Source: Narcine bancroftii
Lineage: Eukaryota
DNA length: 64,000 bases
Assembly: GCF_036971445.1 (NCBI RefSeq)
Contig: NC_091480.1
Span: forward strand, 61,878,001-61,942,000
Reading direction: 5' to 3'
The position numbers and the translations under genes were made by a program. Of this stretch, positions 50,178 to 62,249 are shown piece after piece. The notes below the pieces were generated by a model. That model made no database searches and was not told the origin of the DNA. It was given only the letters and a program-made list of their open reading frames with translations. Within the stretch, counting starts at the first letter, position 1; each line of letters begins with the position of its first letter.

Positions 50178-50719
50178 TAAATTGTGTTCAGAGCAAAGGA
50201 CAGACATGTGTCAGCAACAAGGACAGGGATGGCAAGGAACAAACACCCATCATGGGTCCTCTGGTTAAAAGCCGCAGAGAGAAAAGGAAAGTCAGATGGG
50301 AGGAGGGGATGAAGAGATCCGCAGTGTCCATACCTGCCCCGCCTTCAGCTGAAACTGCCACAGTTTAATTCTGAGGTGAAATTGATGTGTTCAGGTGACA
50401 ACTCATGGTGGGTTAGGCGTCAGGACATGGTGGAAGCACAGGAGGGCTGCCCACAAAGATGAACCTAGTCCTCATTAACAGCCCCCATGAGTTGGCACAG
50501 GGTTCACTATACTGCAGCCCAGAGTGTTTGCAGAGAGGTAAGTGGCAGGAGAAAGGTTGCAGGGACCACGATGCAAAGGTAGGGTGGTACCCCGGGGCTT
50601 TGGACTCACTGGGGCAATTGAACAAAGGCGGCACAAGAGAAATACCCATCTTCAGCATTACAATCATTGTTTAATGAATTGTAGGAAAGAAACATTCTTC
50701 AGGAGAGATGTGTTGATGT

Positions 50720-50746
50720 TCACTTAGAGTCGCTCCTCTTTTTCTC
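50720..50746 (-). CDS. TMBIM6: TMBIM6 last coding exon (EKKRSDSK*)
   Basis: TTGCAG acceptor, lysine-rich C-terminus as in BI-1, TGA; assembled CDS 717 nt (238 aa). Confidence 0.88.
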   Translation of the reverse strand, partial: EKKRSDSK

Positions 50747-51327
50747 CTGCAATGACACATGGACATCATTTGTATCCCAGACAAGAAATTGTATTACAGC
50801 AGTACACCCTAGTCCATCTGGAACAAACAAAAGAGGGGCTAAATGGACTCCTATCAGAGCCTGTATCACTCAACTGGTTATTTTTGGTTCTTTTCTAAAC
50901 TTATCCTTTGAAGATTTTAACGTGGCTGATTTAGAATTTACAGCACAGAAACAGGACCTTTATCCCTACCCCTCCTGGCTAATCCAGTTCCCCAACCTGA
51001 GCTGGTCCCCTTTCCCTGCATTCAGCCCATCTCCCTCTAAACCTTTCCCATTCACGTACCTGTCCAAATATCTGTTAAATTGTCCCCAACTCTATCATTT
51101 TCTGTGGCAGCTCGTTCTACACAACCACCACGCTCTGTGTGAAGAAGATCCCCCTCAAGTCCCCTTAAATCTGTGCCCTCTAGTTTTAGACTCCCCAACC
51201 CTGGAGAAAAGTCTGTGATCCTGCCCCTCATAATTTTATAAACCTCTATAAGGCTCCCCCCACCCCCCCCCTCCAGCCTCCTACAGTCACAAACTTTCAA
51301 GTCTCATTTATGACTCATGCTTTATAC

Positions 51328-52303
51328 TTGTCTAATGATTTGGATGATGGGGTGGTAAATTGGGTGAGTAAATATGCGGACGATACAAAAATGGGGCGAG
51401 TTGTGGATAGTAAGGATGGTTTTTGGGGACTGCAGAAGGATTTGGACGGCTTAGAAGAGTGGGCTGAAAGGTGGCAGATGGGGTTTAATATCGATAAGTG
51501 TGAGGTGCTTCATTTTGGGAAGAATAATCAAAACAGGACATATGCAGTGAAGGGGAGGGCATTGAGGAATGCAGAGAAACAGAGAGATCTTGGAATAACA
51601 GTTCATTGTTCTTTGAATGTGGAATCTCATGTAGCTAGGGTGGTGAAGAAGGCTTTTGGTAGGCTGGCCTTTATAAATCAAAGCGTAGAATATAGGAGCT
51701 GGGAGGTGATGTTGAGGCTGTTCAAGGCATTGGTGAGGCCAAGTTTGGAATATTGTGTACAGTTCTGGTCCCCAAATCATAGGAAGGATATTAATAAGGT
51801 AGAGAGGATGCAGAGAAGATTTATTGAAATGTTGCCTGGATTACAGTATAGAATACAAAGAAAGATTGAGTAGACTGGGTCTTTATTCATTGGAGCGTAG
51901 AAGGTTGAGGGGGGATTTGAAAGAGGTTTTTTTAAATTGAGTTTTTTAAATTATGAGGGGATAGACAGAGTAAATGTGAATAGGCTCTTCCCCTTGATGG
52001 TAGGTGAGATTGGAATGAGAGGTCATAAGTTGAAGGTTATGGGGCAAAACTTTAGAAGCAACATGAGAGGAAGCTTCTTCACTCAAAGAGTGGTGGCTGA
52101 GTGGAATGATCTTCCGGCAGAGGTGGTTGCAGCAGGGTCAATTTTGTCATTTAAAAGAAGGTTGGATGAGTGTATAGATGTGGAGATTGGAGGGTTATGG
52201 AGAAGGAGCAGGTAGGTGGGACTAGAGGAGTTCACTTAAATCAGTGCGGACTAGAGGGGCCAAGATGGCCTGTTTCCAGATTGTAATTGTTATATGGTTA
52301 TAT
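51328..52303 (+). mobile_element. CR1 LINE 3' portion
   Basis: SKYADDTK, CEVLHFG, LVRPSLEYCVQFWSP, FFTQRVVAEWN; TATATGGTTATAT tail. Confidence 0.92.
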
Positions 52304-52399
52304 TATCAGGTCCTGTAAAATACTTCAGTGCACAATATTCCCTATCCTGAGATTTTGCGATTGGACAGTGCAGTGGAAGCTTCATTCTGTATCAGACTA

Positions 52400-53262
52400 T
52401 GAGGGTGTGTGATGGAATGTGTCTGTCCCCAGGAGTGTGTGATGGGACCGTGTGGAGGGAGTTTCACTCGGCGTCTGACCCCGGAAATGTGTGATGGGAC
52501 AATGTGGAGGGAGCTTTACTCTGTGTCTGATCATGGGAGTGTATGATAGGATGGTGCGGAGGGAGTTTCACTTGGCGTCTGACCCTGGGAGTGTGTGATC
52601 AGACGGTGTAGAGGGTGCTTCACTCTGTGTCTGTCCCCAGGAGTGTATGTTGGGACCGAGTGGAGGGAGCTTCACTCTGTTTCTGACCCCGGGAATGTGT
52701 GATGGGACAATGTGGAGGGAGCTTTACTCTGTGTCTGATCATGGGAGTGTATGATAGGACGGTGCAGAGGGAGTTTCACTCAGCGTCTGACCCCGGGAGT
52801 GTGTGATGGGACGGTGCAGAGGGAGCTTCACTCTGTGTCTGATCATGGGAGTGTATGATAAGACGGTGCGGAGGGAGTTTTACTCGGCATCTGACCCCGG
52901 GTGTGTGTGATGGGACGGTGCAGAGGGAGCTTCACTCTGTGTCTGATTATGGGAGTGTATGATAGGACGGTGCGGAGTTTCACTCGGCGTCTGACCCCGG
53001 GAGTGTGTGATGGAACGGTGCAGAGGGAGCTTCACTCTGTGTCTGATCGTGAGAGTGTATGATAGGACGGTGCGGAGTTTCACTCGGCGTCTGACCCCGG
53101 GAGTGTGTGATGGAACGGTGCAGAGGGAGCTTCACTCTGTGTCTGATCGTGGGAGTGTATGATAGGACGGTGCGGAGGGAGTTTCACTCGGCGTCTGACC
53201 CCGGGAGTGTGTGATGGGACGGTGTGGTGGGAGCTTCACTCTGTGTCTGACCCCTGGGAGTG
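52400..53262. repeat. 52-bp tandem minisatellite (~16 units)
   Basis: GGGAGTGTGTGATGGGACGGTGCAGAGGGAGCTTCACTCTGTGTCTGA.. units. Confidence 0.95.
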
Positions 53263-53402
53263 TGCGACCCTGATTCCCTCTCATCAATATTCTTGTAACT
53301 GACTGTGGACCTTTGTTCCTTATCCCCACTTCCCATGGTCCTCAGATGTCCTGTAGAATGCTCTCGTTTAGACTCAGAGGATGGGAGGAGTTGTATTCTA
53401 AC

Positions 53403-53478
53403 CTTCTCGTTCATGCTGAGTATCAACATGAGCTTTCTGAAGACAGCGATGAAATCCATGAACAGATCCACACAGTGC
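53403..53478 (-). CDS. TMBIM6: TMBIM6 coding exon 8
   Basis: [25 protein letters not shown] (76 nt). Confidence 0.96.
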
Positions 53479-53917
53479 CTGGAGGGGGAGAGAGAGGGGA
53501 GGGGGGGGGGGGGAAAGAGCTAGTTATAGCAGGATAATCGACTCAGCTTCCCCCGAGTAGGTCAGATTTCAACACCGACAAAACAAATGCAGGACTTCTG
53601 GACAAACTAGACACACCAGTCATCTCTGCCCCATCACCCCACAGTCACAACCTCACTGCTCCTTCTGAGCAGAAGCCTGAAGACTGGCAAGAACCGTACT
53701 ACCCTAACCCTGACTTGAAATTAATCTGGGATCACCAAGACAAACTATTTCTTTTCTCAGCCTTTTATAATTTTTTTTCCTCTGACAATAAATTGTTTTG
53801 ATACATGCATACGATAAACTCTCATTCATTCAGACACTCAGCGGGCATCCTATCGTCAGACCACCCAGAGACAGCACCAGCCAACCTCTCCCCCCCTCCC
53901 CCACTACCTCGACTTAC

Positions 53918-54018
53918 CAGATGTAGTCCTTGTCCCCATGCTCTGCCTTCTCAATGATGAGCTGTGTGTCAAACAGGATAAAGCCACAGAAGACCAGGAG
54001 TCCGATGTACAACTGGAC
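53918..54018 (-). CDS. TMBIM6: TMBIM6 coding exon 7
   Basis: [34 protein letters not shown] (101 nt). Confidence 0.97.
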
Positions 54019-54046
54019 CTGGCGAGGAAATCAAGGGCAGTTAGTC

Positions 54047-54428
54047 GGCCCTTTCAAACTGTTGTGTTAAATAGGGTTTACCAGGCAATTTGCACAGATA
54101 GCGCCCCAGTTACATGGCAATTTGAAAAGGTACTACCAGGTCAACCTGGTCAGAACCCAACCAGTTTCCTGACCTACCTCAGAGGTGGTCAGAGAACCCA
54201 GTTCAACTTACCCAGGTCTCCATGGCTGATTTGAAAATGAAAATGGCCGACCTGCTTACTTCGGTGACGTCAGCATCTGAACTCTCACTGCGATATCGCA
54301 AGGGCGGGATCCCCCTCAATTTAGCAGGTAGGTCCGCCTTCAATTTGAAAAGTGCATCCTGCACGTATGACTCTGTAATCGCACCTGGGACCGAGGAGGG
54401 CTACACAGTGCTGCAGTTTGAAAGGGCC
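54047..54428. mobile_element. 382-bp MITE-like DNA transposon (possibly PIF/Harbinger)
   Basis: Perfect 15-bp TIRs GGCCCTTTCAAACTG / CAGTTTGAAAGGGCC; TSD ambiguous; similar TIR end near 6150. Confidence 0.75.
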
Positions 54429-54561
54429 TAGTGGCTCTGCAGTGATCTGAGACATTCTGACCCAGTCACAGACAGTGAGACTGATCTCAGGCTGAATCCA
54501 CCTGGTGCCTGACATAGATTACCACCACCCACACCCTCCACCTGATCCCACCCACCAATAC

Positions 54562-54641
54562 CTTGAAGAGCAGGATGGATCCAAAGAACAGGTTGACCAG
54601 TGGGACAATGCAGAGCAGAGTGAGGAGAGACATCAGCGTAC
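54562..54641 (-). CDS. TMBIM6: TMBIM6 coding exon 6
   Basis: GTLMSLLTLLCIVPLVNLFFGSILLFK (80 nt). Confidence 0.93.
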
Positions 54642-54802
54642 CTAGTGGTGAGAGGGCACTTCAGTGTCAAGTGCAAACCGGGGGGGGGGGTTCATCACAG
54701 AGAGAAGGCATTACAGTGGAGAGGTCACGGGAGGAGGGAGAAAGGGTTACATGGGGATCGGGAGGAGGGGATGTGGGAACTCCCAGACTCATGAATACTC
54801 AC

Positions 54803-54900
54803 CTCCAAGGAACAGGTACTGGCGGCGCTGGGCGTACAGAGCACTGAGCGTGAAGCAACAGAAGACTAGTGCGGACACCATGAAGGCAGTCGGGATGATA
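54803..54900 (-). CDS. TMBIM6: TMBIM6 coding exon 5
   Basis: [32 protein letters not shown] (98 nt). Confidence 0.96.
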
Positions 54901-55622
54901 CTGTAAGGGCAAACAACATGAAGGCCAGCTTCCACACTGAGCACCACATAAAATCCTGTCACTCACCACCACCTCTCTGCAAACCCCTCCAGGTCGTTCC
55001 CACTGGTCACCAATGCCTCAGTCCCTTCCACTCACAATATATCTGTTCCGGCAACTCCCTCTCATCCCCACCCAAATGGGCCTATCCCTCAAATACTCCT
55101 TGCCCCTAAATGCAATCTCAATAACCCCACCCCCAGACAATGGTTCTTACATTCATCTTCTGTCTCTGTAACTCCCTCTGATCCCGACACCCCATCCCCT
55201 GTTTCTCTAACCCCCTCCGGTCCCCCATACACCTCCCTATCTCTGCAACCCCATCCAGTGTCCTCTGTCCTGTGGAAAGGCTGCTCTGGATGTTCTGTAC
55301 CCCAGGGTCACTCATATTTGCCCAGTCAGCTCCACAGGAGCCTCTCGCTTGTTGAGGCCCAGTTGCAGGTTAGCATTGGTGCTCCCACCGAGGTGTGACT
55401 GCTGTCACATGAGCCACAGTTGGCATGTTCTGTAACTGGGTGTGGCTGAGGCTTAGCGACTGTGCTGGGGGGTTACATTGGCTGTAGCTCTCACTGTCTG
55501 CAGTCACAGGCTGCCAAGGCAAAGGCAGTTATAGCTCCCACACTGGCACTGAGGTACAGTGAGAGTGGGCATGGTGGGCACAGGGGTATTGAGGGAAGGG
55601 AGCAGTCAGGAATCAGACTTAC

Positions 55623-55671
55623 GATGGGTTGATAGAAATGACGAAGTCCATCAGCGGGCCAAGTCCAGTAC
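55623..55671 (-). CDS. TMBIM6: TMBIM6 coding exon 4
   Basis: GTGLGPLMDFVISINPS (49 nt). Confidence 0.95.
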
Positions 55672-55722
55672 CTGAGAACAGTGAACATGGGAATGGGAGA
55701 AAAATCAAAGGGAAAGTGGATG

Positions 55723-56300
55723 GGGCAGAGAGAGAGAGAGAGAGAGAGAAGGGGGACAGAGAGAGAGAGAGAGAAGGGGGCAGAGAGAGAAAGGGGAAGA
55801 GAGGGAGAAGGGGCAGAGAGGGAGAAGGGGCAGAGAGGGAGAAGGGGCAGAGAGGGAGAAGGGGCAGAGAGAGAGAGAAAGGGGCAGAGAGAGAGAGAAA
55901 GGGGCAGAGAGAGAGAAGGGGGCAGAGAGAGAGAAGGGGGCAGAGAGAGAGAAGGGGGCAGAGAGAGAGAAGGGGGCAGAGAGAGAGAAGGGGGCAGAGA
56001 GAGAGAAGGGGGCAGAGAGAGAAGGGGGCAGAGAGAGAGAAGGGGGCAGAAAGAGAAGGGGGCAGAGAGAGAGAGAAGGGGCAGAGAGAGAGAGAAGGGG
56101 CAGAGAGAGAGAGAAGGGGCAGAGAGAGAAGGGGCAGAGAGAGAAGGGGCAGAGAGAGAAGGGGCAGAGAGAGAAGGGGCAGAGAGAGAGAGAAGGGGCA
56201 GAGAGAGAGAGAAGGGGCAGAGAGAGAGAAGGGGCAGAAAGAGAAAAGGGGACGAGAGGGGGCATAGGGAGGAGGGCAGAGGGAGAGGGGCAGGAAGGGG
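55723..56300. repeat. GA-rich simple tandem repeat
   Basis: (GAGAGAGAAGGGGCA)n with variable GA counts. Confidence 0.95.
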
Positions 56301-56446
56301 GACAGGGAGTGGGGGGCAGAGAGAGGAAGGGCAATCAAGGATAAATGAAGAGAGAATGATGAGAGATGCAGATGAAGAGAGGGAGAGAAAGATAGAAAAG
56401 GTGTAAGAAAAGAATGGAGGAGAGAGTCATTACGTGAGAGATTCCA

Positions 56447-56810
56447 TCTCTGTAACCCCCTCCAGTCTCCTACACTCCTCTCTGATTCTGTAAACCCCTC
56501 CAGTACCTTACACCCCTCCCTGTCTCTGTAACCCAATCGGTCTCCTACACCCTTCACTGTCTCTGTAACCCACTCCAGTCCCCTACACCCTTCCCTATCT
56601 CTGTAACCCCCTCCAGTCCCCTACACCCCGCCCTGTCTCTGTAACTCCATCGGTCCCCAACACCCCTCCCTATCTCTGGAACCCACTCCGGTCCCCTACA
56701 CCCCTCCCTGTCTCTGTAACCCACTCTGGTCCCCACACACCTCCCTGTCTCTGTAACCCCCTCCAGTCACTACACTCCTCCCTGTCTCTGTAACCCCTAT
56801 ACCTCCCTGC
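56447..56810. repeat. ~38-bp minisatellite (related copies 22230-22380, 22910-23170, 55160-55260)
   Basis: CTCTGTAACCCCCTCCAGTCCCCTACACCCCTCCCTGT-like units. Confidence 0.85.
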
Positions 56811-57076
56811 CTCTCTGTGTCACCCTCTCCTGATAGCCTGTGTTCAACTTCCAGGTATGTTGGCTGCACCTGGATGTGAATTCTGTCTGATTACAGCTCT
56901 CATGGTGCCAGGCTTGATTGAGGGACGCGGGTCTTTCACCAGACTTTTGGGTGTCTGCCATCGTGTGGATGAGAACGAGGAGAATAAGTTGGTAGGGAGG
57001 CAGACCTTCTGCCCTTGTAGAATAGTGCGAGAGGGACAACAGGAGTAAAAAGCCCAAGTGCTGGGCAGTTCCGTAC

Positions 57077-57197
57077 CTGTGAAGAAGGCAAAGGCAGCTA
57101 GGATGCACAGCCTGCGTGTCTCATTCTGCGGGCTGTGAGATGTCATGCTCAGCCAGAGGATGAGTCCCAGGGACAGCAGTGTGGACAGCAGTCCGCC
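57077..57197 (-). CDS. TMBIM6: TMBIM6 coding exon 3
   Basis: [40 protein letters not shown] (121 nt). Confidence 0.96.
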
Positions 57198-57494
57198 CTG
57201 TAACAGTAGCAGCTTAGTCAGACCACCACTTCCTAGCCAGACACCACCCTCTTCCCTCTTGTCCCCGTGAAGCAGCTGGACACCAAGTCCTAATGTGGAG
57301 ATGCTGGGGAGCACTCGGTGACCCTGGGAGAGGGAGAGGGAAAGGGAAGGTGAGGGGGGGGGATTGGGGCCCAGAGATCCCAGAAGGTTGGGGAAGGAGG
57401 GGTTTGAGATGAAAGCCATGTTTCTTTTAATCCTGTGGGACTGGCCATTGGGTGATTTGGAGCAGAACCAGCAGGAGGACCAATCAAAGCTTAC

Positions 57495-57603
57495 CTGAAA
57501 GAGCCTTGTGACCACATGAAGGTAGGCTCCAGCTGCTGCCAGGAGCATGCAGACGGCCAGGCTGGAGTACACCTTCTTCAAGTGTTGCTGTGTGGAATAG
57601 GAG
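57495..57603 (-). CDS. TMBIM6: TMBIM6 coding exon 2
   Basis: [36 protein letters not shown] (109 nt). Confidence 0.97.
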
Positions 57604-57923
57604 CTGTGGGGAGATGGTGGGGGTGAGAAGAGGGTAGGGGAGGAGGAGTGGGAGGGGATGTAGAGGGCGAGGTGGGGGGAGAGGGGGAGTGGGGGGGGGG
57701 AGAATATTTCTCTGATTGTGAAGCACAGAATGAAGAGAATCTGACACCAACTTTGTACCCCCCTCCTCCCCGTGCCAGTACTCCGCATCCATACCCACCT
57801 TCTGCACCATACCCACTGCCCATACCCGTGCATTGTACCCGACCTCCTGCACCGTGCCCTTGACTACACACAACTCTCTCTCCCATCACTGCCTCCCCAC
57901 CCCACCATTCCGAGGAGACTCAC

Positions 57924-57979
57924 ATCTGGGAGAATTTGAACAGACTGTCCAGGTTCAGGTTTCGGTCGAAGGCGTTCAT
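57924..57979 (-). CDS. TMBIM6: TMBIM6 (Bax inhibitor-1) coding exon 1
   Basis: MNAFDRNLNLDSLFKFSQI; donor GTGAGT; candidate acceptors open the exon at 58000 or 58031. Confidence 0.95.
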
Positions 57980-58544
57980 CTTGTTGTGGATTTATCCACC
58001 CTAAGTGATGAGTCCAGACACAATTAGGTACCTGGAGGGATGGACAGGGTGAGCACAGAACATCGCTGAGAGGCTGGAGGTCTCCGTGTGTCATGGATCA
58101 TCCATGGAGAGAGACAGTATTTCACAATGGGATGATCTCATTAAGGGTCCCAACACAGTGTGGACTGCCCCCTCACGGATGCAGACTGAATCCCCCCATC
58201 CCATCCCAACCCCACACTGGCTGGACAGACAGCTCTGTCACATTCCCCCAGCAACCCAAATGGAAAAGAAACAGCTCCTTCGACCCAACTCATGCATGCC
58301 AACCATGCTGGCTCATCCCATTTGCCTGCACTTAGATCACATCATTTAAGCCTGTCCAATTCCCATATTTGTCCAAATGTCTTGAGCATTGTCATTGTAG
58401 CTACTTCTAGAGCTTCCTCTGACAACTCATTCCAGAAATGGACCACGTTCTGTGTGAAGCTCCCTCTCACCTAACACTGTGACCTCTCGTTCTGGAATTA
58501 ACCTACCCTGAGAAATGACTGAGCATTCACTCTGTTGGTGCCCT

Positions 58545-59302
58545 CTTCATGCAGGATGGGAAACATCAGTGTCCCTGGACACCCTATCTGTGGGAAGTAC
58601 ATCCAGCTGCAACTCATGAGCCAGTTAACTGGAGGTGGTGTTGGATGAACTCGGATCATTCAGAAGGTGATAGGTTGCAGGGAGTAATGTTGGTCACACC
58701 TAAGGTACAGGCTGCAGGAAGAGTAAAGGGAGAAAGCAGGCAGTGCAGGGTATGCTGTGGCCATTCTCCTCAGTAACATGGACCTCTTAGGTAACTGCTG
58801 GGGGCAGTGGGGAAGGCAGGTGGACAAGCCTCGACTGGTACTTGGAATTACAATGTTGTTACGGGACATGGTTGCACCAGGGGCAGGATTAGCAACTCCA
58901 TGTTCCTGGGCTTTGTTGACTTGGACGGGCTAGAGAAGGAGGTAAAAGAGGTGGAGGTGTGGCATTGCTAATCAAGGAAAGTGTCACTTCTTCACTCAGG
59001 GAGGGCCTTACATTGGCTTCAACTACTCAGGCAGAGTGTGTAGACATTGGAAATAAAACAGGTGCAATTACCGTGATAGGACTATACGATAAGCTTCCCA
59101 ATGGCCACTGGGAAGTGGAGGAACAGACAGGTAGACAGATTACAGAATGCTACAAAGGTAATAGTGTTGTCGTCGTGGGAGACTTTAATTTTCCCCAAAT
59201 TGTCTGGTATGTTCTCGGTACCAGAGGCCGAGATGGGGCAGAATTTGTTAAATGCATCCAGAGTTTCTTGAAAAAAGGTGCAGATCATTCAACCTGGAAG
59301 GG
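58545..59302 (+). mobile_element. CR1 fragment (ORF1 remnant + endonuclease)
   Basis: GGGVALLIKE..VVVGDFNFP; near-identical to 21700-22225. Confidence 0.8.
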
Positions 59303-59691
59303 GTGATTGGAGTTTCAATGGGAGAAAATTAACCATGCCCCTTATGGCTTTATCAACCTCTATAAGGTCCCGTTTCCCCCCCCCCCCACTTCCCCCCACC
59401 TCCACTCAGGGAGAAAATGTCAGACTCCCCTTGTAACTCCAGCCCTCCAGGGGATGTAAAGGCCTTGCGCTAACCACCACACCAATTGTACTGGATATTA
59501 AGAATAATGTACATTTTTGGGAAAACTTCCTCCTCCCTATTCACAATCCCAGCTAATGGGACATCACTACGAAGAATTGGGCCCTCAGCACAATTACTGC
59601 AGTACCCCATCAGCGACACCCTGCCAGTTATCCTGGCCCACTCTTTACTCTCTCTACAGCACACCTGTGGTGAGGGAGAAGCAGGAGCGAA

Positions 59692-59886
59692 CACTCAGAA
59701 AGCTCTGGAAGGTTATAAGCACTCAGAAAGCTCTGGAAGGTTATAAGCACTCAGAAAGCTCTGGAAGGTTATAAGCACTCAGAAAGCTCTGGAAGGTTAT
59801 AAGCACTCAGAAAGCTCTGGAAGGTTATAAGCACTCAGAAAGCTCTGGAAGGTTATAAGCACTCAGAAAGCTCTGGAAGGTTATAA
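59692..59886. repeat. Perfect 28-bp tandem repeat x7
   Basis: CACTCAGAAAGCTCTGGAAGGTTATAAG, no spacers. Confidence 0.97.
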
Positions 59887-62249
59887 ATAGCAAGGACCAA
59901 GCTTTGCTGCCAGGCAGAGATCATATGGCATTCAACTGTTGAACCTAACTAACAGGGGTAAGGAGTCAGCCACTCAAGCCTGCAGTCCCATTCTGGCCAC
60001 TCAACTCATCGATACTGCTCCCCATTTTTGCCACTTGGCCCATTGATCCTGCTCCCCCACTCTGGCCACCCAGCCCATCAACCCTGCTGCCCCATTCAAT
60101 AGGTCCACACCCACCCCTTCCCCATCACCCTCAATTCCCCAACTGTTCAAAAATCCATCTACAATGTCTACAATACATTTGATGAGGCAGCCCCCACTGC
60201 TTCCTTGGGCAGAGAATCCCACATATTCCCCACTCTCTTGGAGAAGCAGTTCCTCCTCATCTCTGTCATCTACTCCCAGAATCTCTGTCCGCTGTTCTAG
60301 TCCCATCACCCAGTGTGAACAACCTCCCTGTTTCTATCTGATCTGTTCCTTTCATTGTTTTATGGTTCTATAAGACCCCCCCTCATTGTTCAGAATATAG
60401 TCCCAGGCGACTCATTCTCTTCCCACAGGCTCACTCCCTCATCTCCAGAACCAACATGGTGACCCCCTCTGCACCACCTCCAGTCTATCCTTTCTCCAGT
60501 GAGAAGGCCAGAACTGCATGTTGTACTCCACGTGCGGTCTCACAAGGACCCTGTCCAACTGCAGCAGAACCTCTCTTCACTGAGATCCCATCCCTTCAGC
60601 AGTGAAGTGTTGGGGTCAAAGTCCATAGACCCCTTTAAGGTTTCAGCACAAGCTGATAGGGTGGTTAAGGTTTACGATGTGTTGACCTTCATTAGTCAAG
60701 GGATTCAGTTCAAGAGCCGTGAGGTAATGTTGCATCTCTATAAATCTCTAGTGAGATCACAGTTGGAGTATCGTGTTCAGTTCTGGTCACATCATTACAG
60801 GAAGGATGTGGAAGCTCTGGAGAGGGTGCAGAGGTGATCAACCAGGATGTTGCCTGGATTGCAGAACGTCTTATGAAGCAGAGTTGATACAGCTAGGGAT
60901 TTTCGCTTTGGAGCGTCTAGAGTGGCTGAGATGGGGTGGACTGCCAGCACCTTTTTCCTGGGGAGATTAGACTTACAGCGCGGTAACAGGCCATTTCAGC
61001 CAGGGTCTGTGCCGCTCAATTTACACCCAATTAACCTACAACCCCAGTACGTTTTTTTTGAAGTGTGGGAGGAAACCGGAGACCCAGGAGAAAACCCACA
61101 CAGACACAGGGAGGACATACAAACGCCTTACAGACAGCGCGCTCCCAATCGCTCGTGCTGTAAAGGCATTACACTAACCACTATACCAACAATGCCACTC
61201 ATAACAAATCCCAGAGGAAATCTGTTTAAGGTCAGTGGAGGGAAGTTTATGGAAGACGTCAGAGGTAAGAGTTTAGCACAACTGAGTAAATAATCTCACA
61301 ACAGAAAGCCATTCAAGGAAGTCGAGAATCATCATGCAGGAAACAGGAAGAATATTATCCCCACCCAAAGAGGAGTGATTAGGCAAAGAACAGGCCCTTT
61401 AAGTCCAACTGGTCCATGCTGAGCCAGTTGGTGTTCTAGGCCAAACCCATTTGCTTGTACATACTCCAAATCCTTCTTAACCAGCAGTTCCCACTTAATT
61501 TTTCCCCACCCATGGCCTAATATGTGTGGTTAGTAAGGGATTACATAATGTGGTACGTGAAGTGGGGAAAACAAAGGTTGAGAACCATTGTTCTAAACTG
61601 CACCTGACCATACATCTGTCAGAATGTCTTTTGAACATTATAATTGCACCATTTCTATCACTGTCTCTGGTAGTTTGCTCCAGATATGAACCTCCCTCTG
61701 AGGAAAAAGTTGCTCCCTCATCAATCTCTCCCCTTAAACTTGTGCCCTCTAGTTTTAGACTCCCTGACCCTGGAGAAATGACTGTGACCCCCCCACCTTA
61801 TCTATGCCCCTCATGGTTTTAGAAACCTCTATAAGTACTCCCCCCCCTCACCCACCCCTGCCTCGCTGCAGCCTCCTACACTCCAGGGAGAAAGATCCAA
61901 CCCTATGCAATCTCTTCCTATCACTCAAAACCACCAGGCCCTTCAACATCCTGGTGCACCCACCCTGAACACTTTGTTTTATATTAAGAGCCTCCCATTA
62001 GCTGGGTGACCAGAACTGCACACAGTGCAAGTGTATATCGACAGAAGTCCCTGTATGGCCCACTGTAACCATATCCCTGGGTCAGCCACACTGGGAGTAC
62101 CTTGCACAGCTCTAGTCTCCGTATCTCTGGGTCAGGGGGGGGGAAAACAGGAAGGGGGCAGGAAGGAGGGGACGAGAGACTGAAAAGAGGTCGGAGGACG
62201 AGGGGGTGGCAGGGGAAAGGGGGGGTGGCAGGGGAAAGATCTGCATTTG

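Noticed and set aside
53700..53713. CCCTAACCC as telomerase RNA template or telomeric repeat
   Set aside because: Single short match; no pseudoknot, CR4/5 or H/ACA context recognisable.
55285..55565. Possible structured RNA in a TMBIM6 intron (10-bp stem CTCTCACTGT/ACAGTGAGAG at 55488-55565)
   Set aside because: No correctly placed H box or recognisable family; an Infernal/Rfam and conservation search would be needed.
55619..56557. 200-300 aa Arg/Glu or Leu/Ser ORFs
   Set aside because: Products of the GA repeat; only the 49-nt TMBIM6 exon is real.
56844..57833. 329-aa ORF as a single-exon membrane protein
   Set aside because: Two in-frame TMBIM6 exons read through an intron with canonical splice sites.
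59692..59886. CRISPR-like 28-bp repeats
   Set aside because: No spacers, no cas genes, eukaryotic intron.
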